From a virus (taxonomy: Duplodnaviria > Caudoviricetes): a stretch of DNA of 64,000 bases. The notes beneath the pieces were generated by a model that did not search any database, was not told where the DNA came from, and was given only the letters and a program-made list of their open reading frames with translations. Below, in pieces: positions 18,501 to 24,532 of the stretch. Numbering within the stretch: the first letter of the stretch is position 1; the number at the start of each line of letters is the position of its first letter. The stretch covers positions 10,199-74,198 of IMG/VR virus record IMGVR_UViG_3300049781_000059. One strand, given 5' to 3'. A program made the position numbers and the translations under genes.

Positions 18501-19558
18501 TCGAGCCACGTTCCGAGGAGCGTCGGCGGGGTGTCGCTCGTGGTGCTCACGGCCCACAGCTCGATGTACCGGTTGATGACCGTACTGTCGCCGTTGACGT
18601 CGTCGCAGCCACAGCGTTCGACGACCTGCCGGGCACTCGCCGTGTCGCCAGTCGGGCCGCAGGCGCCGATCTCGCCTTGCACGGCGTAGATGGTGGTGCC
18701 GTCGAGGGTGGTGTCCGTGACGGCGGCAGTGCCGGTGCAGGTGCGGCAGATCGTCCGGAGGAACGGCACGGCCTGTGTCTCGTCGGTCCCGGGCACGCCC
18801 GGCCCGAGGAGGGAGACGTCGTCAACGAGGGCGTCAATGAAGTCGCCGCCCACTTGATCGCTGAAACGGACCGTCATCTCGGTGTCAGTGGCGACGATCG
18901 GCGCGGGGCCGACCACGCCGTCGGCCGGCCACTGCGGGCCGCCGCTCGTTTCCACGGGGGCGACGGTCTCGGAGTAGAGGACCGCACCCGACCCGTCGAC
19001 CACCTCCACGAGGACGCTTTGGGGAGTGGTCCCGCCCGTGCCCCAGATACCGATGCGGGCCGACAGGGTGTAGGTCAGGCCGGGGGTGACGGTCACCGTC
19101 TGCTCGGCCGACCCTGCCGGGTTGTTGTCCGCTGACAGGTCGAGGAACCCAACCGACCCGTCCGGGCTGCTGGACGGGACGTATCGCGCGCCCCCGGTCA
19201 GCGTCCACCCCGAGGTGTCCGCCGCGAAGTTGCCGTTGGTGATGCGCTCGGGGGTCTCACCCGGCGTAGAGGCCGTGGTGACGTCGCACAGGAGCAGCGT
19301 CTCGCACGTGCACGAGTCGGGCGGCGGGCAGGCCTGCAGGGTGCCTTGCGGCACGTAGACGGCTCCCGTTGCGGGGTCGACGGTGCGCGTGCCGATACGG
19401 TCGCCGCTGCTGGCGTCGTAGACCGGCTCCACGAGCACGGTGGCGGCCACGGTGCCGTCGGCGAGGACGTCGCACAGAACGACCGGTTCGACGTCAACGC
19501 GCGCACTGGCCGCCGGATTACTCAACAGGACTGGCTGGCCGCAGCCGCATCCGCTCAC
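15509..19558 (-). CDS. Large modular Cys-repeat protein with inserted carbohydrate-binding-like domains (putative head fibre / adhesin), 1349 aa
   Basis: Start reassigned to GTG 19558 (overlaps the upstream stop), MSGCGCGQPV. Recurrent CETxxLCD...PFLRTICRxCDG...DTTLDG..Y.P.G.V..C units; ERITNGNFAADTSGW resembles the start of CBM4/9- or DUF642-like domains. Confidence 0.75.
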   Translation of the reverse strand: MSGCGCGQPVLLSNPAASARVDVEPVVLCDVLADGTVAATVLVEPVYDASSGDRIGTRTVDPATGAVYVPQGTLQACPPPDSCTCETLLLCDVTTASTPGETPERITNGNFAADTSGWTLTGGARYVPSSSPDGSVGFLDLSADNNPAGSAEQTVTVTPGLTYTLSARIGIWGTGGTTPQSVLVEVVDGSGAVLYSETVAPVETSGGPQWPADGVVGPAPIVATDTEMTVRFSDQVGGDFIDALVDDVSLLGPGVPGTDETQAVPFLRTICRTCTGTAAVTDTTLDGTTIYAVQGEIGACGPTGDTASARQVVERCGCDDVNGDSTVINRYIELWAVSTTSDTPPTLLGTWLDGDFTQPYIPANPIDCPAEPDCGDTELIELCDTVPPQQPPIPTPGGGFTLTGSVYNSSGTLVFSEGQTPVNGVATGTVSSVVPGQPYEFNYQAGWNGNGGGVTPLPEAMYLLEILDGSAVIASRIENLSNGSTASGPLGFRAPLAFTAPSSGTVTIRVSDWTTNAGTTRDLLVRPETVTSTLITVVPFVRAITYGCDGLPDTTLDYLPDGVTAYQVLGTVGNCPTARDCGDCESQILCDGQSDDEATIYGANVSSGTMSNGIGWTSTSGATSSFGSPVTSEISNTDGAWWGNPESFPLTQVLPYRFTLARPTVTEFSVFFIYQASSPTANTMQLPPNVTPVFLPPGWTFDAATSRVTVGPDHGLTVAQQTALMASPDLAHSPRFRTLGPVSEFTTTWLGGRYAFQGSFRTSWTGSISTVPSVPFLRTICRDCDGEVTSVRDTTLDGSAVYTPSGVVGLCPDTSSCSDCETIVLCDDGGDDPATIRILNASTQTLSNGVVYTVRGDAAGPAGAVQSKIANADGAWWGNGEPAPNTVGTAYTIGASVPVTIEFSIHLAYDDTPGATGNCVQLPTTVEPVELPSGYTFDPVTGLLCVTAQQDQANICADMANPTRLRAARLRTTSLTTSVIVDWLGTATHDVCGVQRTLWLGAIEMTPPGQFMRRICHGCDGSVTAVIDTLMDGATSYTPRGAAVLCQPEPCCEPVQICVTPRATGEVQFVSNPEKRDDGTEADTFTWAPSGGGSDPSAVTTWYPMYNKKYPGTAWQTADSATRNNGQPNSPTAGWIAPHAGAMVVSTGLPGEGPQIANPSNWWARSSFTIPAAADLSTVKMEITTLNADQVPVRYRINDGDWVNGGGFYSTATPYKQAPVPLTGAVAGENFLYFEVNENASQPDASNGAGVIAHFILTYAVPGQASWTKMVCCSGDVYYLDQFENRHDTLPDGTRIIPCKQEQPITLCDDAGTFIRWVQDLDGTVVTRDTDLQGNDYTPLGTVRSCASA

Positions 19559-21000
19559 AGTCGTACTCCTTGCGTGTAATTGACGATGACGGTGCCGTCG
19601 GTGGCGGTGATGGTCAGGGGGCCGGTGAGGGAGGCGTCGCCGTCGTGGACGAGGCTCCACGTCGCCGTCTCGCCGTCTCGGAGGGTGCTGGTTCCGTCCG
19701 CTGTCGTGATCGCCCCGGTGCCGTCGTGCGCAATGGCGGTGACGGAGTGGATCAAAGGGGTGGAGGCGGCGTCCCAGGACTGACCCGGGGCGAGTTCCCG
19801 GCGGCGGACCTGCGCACCGAATGCCGCGGGCGCCCCCTGGTCGTCGTCGGCGTCGCAGTCCACCGGGTTCAGAGGGGTGTACGGGCCGCTGAGATCGCAC
19901 AGGTAGGTGCCGAGGGTGCTGACCGTTCCCTGGCAGTCGACGCCGAGCAGCTCGATGTACCAGGTGTCGGCGATGCCGTCCCCGTCGGTGTCGTCGCAGC
20001 GGTCGGCCTGGATGATGTTCTGGGCGCCGCAGTCGCCGTCGCAGAAGCCGACGGTGCCAGCCACCGGGTACGTGCTGCCGTCTGGCGTGTAGTCGGTGTG
20101 CCCGGTGATCTGGCCGTTCTCGTCGCGGGCGTAGTCGCGGAGGAAGCGGCGCACGCTGCCGTCGGCGAGCGTGTCACACAGCACGACAAGGTCCTTCTCC
20201 GGCTGTGTGACACCGGCCGGGCAGGTCGTGATCTCGCCTTGTGGTGTGTACGTCTGGCCGGTAGCGGCGTTGATGAGGCGCACCCCGGATACGCTGCCGT
20301 CCGAGTTGTACGTGTACTCGATCAGGACGAGCCCGAATACGGTGCCGCTGGCAGGGTCGATGTCGCAGAACGTGCCGCCAGTCGACACGCTGCGCGGTTC
20401 ACCGCACGCGACCGTGCCCACTGGCGGCTGCCCGGCCGAGAAGACACCGCTGACCAGGTTCACCCAGCCTTCTTGCCGAACGATGCCGTCGCAGTCGCGG
20501 GTGACGATGGCCGCGATGGGGGTGCCGTCGGCGAGGCACAGGCCGAGCGTCGCCAGCGGCGCCCGCTGATCGGCGCAGTCGGAGCCGCCGTCGCAGGAGC
20601 GGACGTCGCCGACGACGAGGTGCGGTGTCTCCCCGTCGACTTCCACGTCGACGTAGGCGGCGGTGCCGTCGGACAGGAACGTGAACTTCCGCAGGAACGG
20701 GCGGCCGGAGTCGTCGCAGAGCATCTCGGTGTGGCACTGCATCGTGCCCTGCTCGCAGTCGACCGGTGCGACCGGCGTGTACGGCGTCGACGGGTCGTCC
20801 TGGTAGATGACGACGAGTTGGCTCGTGCCGTCCTGCTTGATGCACCACAGTTCGCTGTAGGTGGTGTCGGGCTGGCCGTCGCCGTTGGTGTCGTCGCAGC
20901 GCAGGACACACGTGGTGGTGACGCACGTCGGCGGGCACTCGCATTCCCCGCCGCCGCCTCCCCCGGCGCCGCAGGTGCAGCCGCTGTAGGAGATGGCCAT
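19555..21000 (-). CDS. Cys-rich repeat structural protein with DxxGDG motifs, 481 aa
   Basis: Same repeat units as the downstream gene but without insertions; DDTNGDGQPD and DDTDGDGIAD. Confidence 0.7.
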   Translation of the reverse strand: MAISYSGCTCGAGGGGGGECECPPTCVTTTCVLRCDDTNGDGQPDTTYSELWCIKQDGTSQLVVIYQDDPSTPYTPVAPVDCEQGTMQCHTEMLCDDSGRPFLRKFTFLSDGTAAYVDVEVDGETPHLVVGDVRSCDGGSDCADQRAPLATLGLCLADGTPIAAIVTRDCDGIVRQEGWVNLVSGVFSAGQPPVGTVACGEPRSVSTGGTFCDIDPASGTVFGLVLIEYTYNSDGSVSGVRLINAATGQTYTPQGEITTCPAGVTQPEKDLVVLCDTLADGSVRRFLRDYARDENGQITGHTDYTPDGSTYPVAGTVGFCDGDCGAQNIIQADRCDDTDGDGIADTWYIELLGVDCQGTVSTLGTYLCDLSGPYTPLNPVDCDADDDQGAPAAFGAQVRRRELAPGQSWDAASTPLIHSVTAIAHDGTGAITTADGTSTLRDGETATWSLVHDGDASLTGPLTITATDGTVIVNYTQGVRL

Positions 21001-21398
21001 CAGCTATCCCCCTTGGGGTGGGCTTGGCGGCGGTGGGTGTTCCGGCCGCGTTCGGTGGGGAAGGTGCGCGGGCACAGATCGCAGGCGTAGACGCCGCTGC
21101 CGTCGTCGTCGGGGGTGGGTGCGTCCTCGAGCGGCGCGAAGTCCGGGGCGGGAGCGTTCGGGGTGAACGCCTCTTCGGTGGCCACGCCCAGCAGGTCCCG
21201 GCCCTCGTCGTCCTGGGGTGACACGTACCGGTGCCCGTCGACGAGCGACCCGATCAGCAGCTCTTCCGGCATGTGCGTGAACATGCCTGGGGGGACGGCG
21301 AACTCGCTGTGGGAGCACGTCTCGACCTGCGGGCTCTGGGCGGTCGCCCACCGGGCGAATGCCGCCCGCCGGTCAGGCGCGGGCCGCACTTTGATCAT
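21000..21398 (-). CDS. Protein with C-terminal C2H2-type zinc finger
   Basis: ATG 21398; YACDLCPRTFPTERGRNTHRRQAH = C-x2-C-x3-F-x8-H-x4-H. Confidence 0.75.
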   Translation of the reverse strand: MIKVRPAPDRRAAFARWATAQSPQVETCSHSEFAVPPGMFTHMPEELLIGSLVDGHRYVSPQDDEGRDLLGVATEEAFTPNAPAPDFAPLEDAPTPDDDGSGVYACDLCPRTFPTERGRNTHRRQAHPKGDS

Positions 21399-21400
21399 CG

Positions 21401-22237
21401 TCAGCAGCACGTCGAGATCCTCACTGCCGCCGCCTCACAGCACGCCACCTCGATCACAGAAGTGCGCTCGGCGAGGACGTACCGGTCATTCAGGCGGGTA
21501 TCGATACTCCCGGCCTCGGTGGGCGGGTTGATGTCGAGCGGCCCGCGGCGCACCCGGACCGGGCCCGTCACGTACAGCCACGCCTCCCCGTCGGCGGGCG
21601 CCATGCACGTGGCGCCGCCCACGTTCGTGGCGTACCCGGCGCCGAAGACGACGCCGTTGCCCATGAGGGTCTCCGGGCATTGGGTGTCGCGGGTGCGGGT
21701 GGCGATGTTGCAGCAGCCGAGCAGTGCCGCCGCCCCGGCAGGAATGTGCAGGATGCCTTCGCCGCCGTACTGCTCGGCCAGCCAGCCTTCGAGCGCGGCG
21801 ACGCCCTGCGCGGCCGGGAGCGCCCCCGAGCCGGGGGTGAGGTCGTTGCCTTCGGCCATCGTGCACAGGGCGTTCAGCATGAACCAGGATTCGAGGGCGC
21901 GCTGCTCGCCCATGCGGAGGGTTTCCGCAGCATGCTCTACGGCCTCGTCGTAGGTCATGCCGAACGTGGAGCACGTCGACCCGGCATACACGGTCACCGG
22001 GTCGAACTCGCACACCCCGGGCCGGTCGAAGATCTTCGATGCCGGGTTCGGCACGGTCGGGGGCGGACAGTCCCGCTCCCACGTGTGCGTTTCAGCGCAC
22101 GACAGCGGCACGAACTGGGTGCCGTTCAGTTCGTGCATGTCGGTAACGTCTACGACCTCTACGCACCCGCCGAGGAGGCCGTAGGGGCTGGGATTGCCAC
22201 GGATGGGGTCTACGGTTTTGCGCATCCCTGCCGCCAT
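21401..22237 (-). CDS. Second capsid-type protein (putative pentamer / minor capsid subunit)
   Basis: 278 aa directly after the major capsid gene; PSPYGLL, PVTVYAGSTCS and VVFGAGY motifs resemble the gene at this position in cluster-B-like actinophages. Confidence 0.55.
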   Translation of the reverse strand: MAAGMRKTVDPIRGNPSPYGLLGGCVEVVDVTDMHELNGTQFVPLSCAETHTWERDCPPPTVPNPASKIFDRPGVCEFDPVTVYAGSTCSTFGMTYDEAVEHAAETLRMGEQRALESWFMLNALCTMAEGNDLTPGSGALPAAQGVAALEGWLAEQYGGEGILHIPAGAAALLGCCNIATRTRDTQCPETLMGNGVVFGAGYATNVGGATCMAPADGEAWLYVTGPVRVRRGPLDINPPTEAGSIDTRLNDRYVLAERTSVIEVACCEAAAVRISTCC

Positions 22238-22262
22238 CTGCCTCACGCCCTCTCAAGTCCGG

Positions 22263-22297
22263 GTGCAGCCCCGGCCGGCAGATGGCCGGGGCTGCAC
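22263..22297 (-). terminator. 14-bp stem-loop after the major capsid gene
   Basis: GTGCAGCCCCGGCC-ggcagat-GGCCGGGGCTGCAC. Confidence 0.75.
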
Positions 22298-22308
22298 GCA
22301 CGGGTAGG

Positions 22309-23955
22309 TCAGGCGACGGGGCAGGCGGCCGTGGCGCGCGGTCCGACAGAGCCGTCAGCGCAGACCGGGATGGTGATGGCTCGCGCCTGCGGCCCGCGGT
22401 AGATGAGGGCGTTGCAGGACTCGAAGAACAGGGCGGTCATGTCGTTGGTGCGGAGCAGGGTGCTGTCGTGGATGACCCCGAGGTTGATCTCCGGGCCGCG
22501 GCCCATCTGGAACGCGCCGGCCGGGTAGAGCAGGGCCTGCATGGTGGCTGGCCAGGCGGTGGCGGGGGTGGTGCCGCCGATGTTGGCGGGGACGGCCGGG
22601 GGGAGGCCCTTGACCCACTGGACGCGGACGCCGAGGTCGGCGAACGCGTTCTCGACGCAGTTCTGGTTGAGGGTGCAGACGTCGACGCCGTCGCGGCGGG
22701 CGATGTCGGCGAGGAACATGTTCTTCGCCCAGTACGGCAGGACCAGCTCGAGGCCGATCCGCTCGCAGAGGCTGAACCGTTCGGTCATGTCGGCGATCTG
22801 CAGGGCGAGCGCCCCGTACACGGCGGAGAACGACGCGAACGACGGTGCGGTGGTCACTGCGGTGGCCTTGGTGAGGGCCTGCTGGTACATGGCGGCCTTG
22901 AGACGCATCTCGTAGGCGACCATGGCACGCCGGATGTAGAAGGCGTTCAGCTCGGGGAAGAACCGCTGGGAGAGGATGCCGGCCTGGATGCAGGCGCCGT
23001 AGGCGGTGCAGCGGACTTCGACCGGGTCCACACAGGGGATCTTGAAGCAGGGCTTCGTCGGGTCGCCGTCGACCGCGCTGATGTCGTCGGCTTCGGTCCA
23101 GATCCACGACATCGCGGTGACGTCCAGCTCGGGCGTCATGTAGTAGCGCAGGCCACCACGCGACAGGTTGAGCTCGGGCAGGTCCCACAGGTTGTCGGGA
23201 CACGAGATCTCGGTGAAGTCGTACACCGTCTCGGAGGGGGCGCACCAGCCGCCGGATGCGACGAGGTCGCCGCCCTTGAGGCGCCGCTGGTCGGCGGCCT
23301 TGAGGACCTTGGTGGTGCCCTCTTCCGGGGAGCCCGCATCGTTGATGATCAGGTCCTGCGGGAACGGCAGCTGGTAGGACGCGGCGAGGGCCTTGCCGCC
23401 GTTCGCGACCAGGTTCGCGACCTTGGTGACGGACTCGGTCAGCCCCTCCATGTTCAGCGGGGCGCCCAGGGTGGCGCCGGGGACCTCGGCGGAGGCGACG
23501 ATCGTGACGGCCGGGGTGCCGGAGTTCGGCATCGGCTGCCGCGGCTGCCGCTCACGCACGGTCGCCAGGCTGATGATCGGGCGGCGCACGACAGCAGAGG
23601 ACGCGGCGACTTCCTCGACGGCCGGCTCTTCCGCTTCGGCGGCCGGCTCCTCCTCGTCGACGGCCACGGTCTCGTCGCTGTCGCTGTCGGTGGCGGTGTC
23701 TTCGCCGAGTACCTGCACGGCGAGTTCGTCGAGTTCGGCGACGGCGGCCTGTGCGGCTTCGACGCGGGTGGCCTGCTCGCTGCGCAGGGCTTCGATGCCG
23801 GTGGCCAGCTCGCGCAGGGCGGGCAGGTCGTCGGTGGTGAGGTTCGGGTCGGCACGCCGGGCCTGGAATGCCTCGGTCGCCTGGGTGATGTGAGCGTCGA
23901 GGTCCTCGGCGCTCAGGCTGCTGAAGTCTGTGGGGAGCTCGTAAGGCTCGGCCAT
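22309..23955 (-). CDS. Major capsid protein with N-terminal scaffold-like domain
   Basis: 548 aa; acidic coiled-coil N-terminus, then LVASGGWCAPSETVYD and LPELNLSRGGLRY motifs of cluster-B-like actinophage capsids. Confidence 0.85.
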   Translation of the reverse strand: MAEPYELPTDFSSLSAEDLDAHITQATEAFQARRADPNLTTDDLPALRELATGIEALRSEQATRVEAAQAAVAELDELAVQVLGEDTATDSDSDETVAVDEEEPAAEAEEPAVEEVAASSAVVRRPIISLATVRERQPRQPMPNSGTPAVTIVASAEVPGATLGAPLNMEGLTESVTKVANLVANGGKALAASYQLPFPQDLIINDAGSPEEGTTKVLKAADQRRLKGGDLVASGGWCAPSETVYDFTEISCPDNLWDLPELNLSRGGLRYYMTPELDVTAMSWIWTEADDISAVDGDPTKPCFKIPCVDPVEVRCTAYGACIQAGILSQRFFPELNAFYIRRAMVAYEMRLKAAMYQQALTKATAVTTAPSFASFSAVYGALALQIADMTERFSLCERIGLELVLPYWAKNMFLADIARRDGVDVCTLNQNCVENAFADLGVRVQWVKGLPPAVPANIGGTTPATAWPATMQALLYPAGAFQMGRGPEINLGVIHDSTLLRTNDMTALFFESCNALIYRGPQARAITIPVCADGSVGPRATAACPVA

Positions 23956-23982
23956 GACCGTGTCTCCTGTGACTGCTAGGAG

Positions 23983-24016
23983 ACCCGGCCCACAACCAGC
24001 GGTCGAAAGAATCTTA
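23983..24016 (-). promoter_or_regulatory. Conserved leader element, copy 8, with -10-like TAAGAT
   Basis: ACCCGGCCCACAACCAGCGG 23983-24002; ATCTTA 24011-24016; 27 nt from start 23955. Confidence 0.85.
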
Positions 24017-24023
24017 GCTGTAT

Positions 24024-24054
24024 GGGCGGCTGTGGGGTGGGGCCACAGCCGCCC
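24024..24054 (-). terminator. 12-bp stem-loop just upstream of the capsid promoter
   Basis: GGGCGGCTGTGG-ggtgggg-CCACAGCCGCCC. Confidence 0.7.
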
Positions 24055-24063
24055 GTGCAGCGG

Positions 24064-24375
24064 TTAGCGGGACTTGCGCTTGCGTGGGGCGGGGGCGTCG
24101 CTGGAGTTCGGGGCGGTGGCCGTGTGGTCGGTGCCCGGTTCACCGTCGGTCTCGGTGGTGTCTGCTGCCTCCAGGGTGGCGGCCGGGGCCGCGTCCGGGT
24201 CCGGGGGGACCAGGGTGCTGCCGGGGTAGTTGTCGCGGACGCGCCGCGCGAGGGGCAGGTCGTGTGTCTGGAACGCGGTCCGGCCGTTGCCGCCGTCGAG
24301 TACGACCTGGTAGAGGGTTCGGGCGACTGTTCCGCTGCGCGCCAGGGTGCGTGACGAGCAGGCGCCGCACGCCAT
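24064..24375 (-). CDS. Small head-region protein (MACGAC start)
   Basis: ATG 24375 overlapping the upstream stop; 103 aa with acidic then basic tail. Confidence 0.7.
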   Translation of the reverse strand: MACGACSSRTLARSGTVARTLYQVVLDGGNGRTAFQTHDLPLARRVRDNYPGSTLVPPDPDAAPAATLEAADTTETDGEPGTDHTATAPNSSDAPAPRKRKSR

Positions 24376-24530
24376 CAGGCGCCGCCCTTCGCGACCTCGC
24401 GGACCTCGCCCTGGTGGCGGACTGCCATGGCGTCGGCAGTCGTCTTGTACGGGGTCGGCCCGAACACGCGGGTGCCGTCCTTGACGACCTCGTACTGGAT
24501 CCGGTTCTTGGAACCACAGTTGCAGCCCAC
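24375..24530 (-). CDS. 51-aa head-region microprotein (MGCNCG start)
   Basis: Below the ORF-track cutoff; MGCNCGSKNRIQYEVVKDGTRVFGPTPYKTTADAMAVRHQGEVREVAKGGA; tight packing at both ends. Confidence 0.75.
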   Translation of the reverse strand: MGCNCGSKNRIQYEVVKDGTRVFGPTPYKTTADAMAVRHQGEVREVAKGGA

Positions 24531-24532
24531 GG

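Noticed and set aside
14912-19135. 1407-aa plus-strand ORF (and similar long ORFs at 7331-9700, 19369-21090, 22282-23979 and 26057-27778)
   Set aside because: Antisense shadows of real minus-strand genes. High-GC codon bias removes stops on the opposite strand, and the translations are Arg/Gly/Pro-rich with no motifs.
15509-19900. ORF-track starts for several genes (19900, 27811, 29737, 6603, 55909, 45402, 63775 and others)
   Set aside because: The upstream extensions overlap neighbouring genes and read as low-complexity junk; starts were moved to codons with an RBS or stop/start coupling.
3381-24002. The 20-nt repeats as a CRISPR array
   Set aside because: The copies are dispersed 0.8-10 kb apart with whole genes between them, there are no spacers of constant length, and no cas genes are present.
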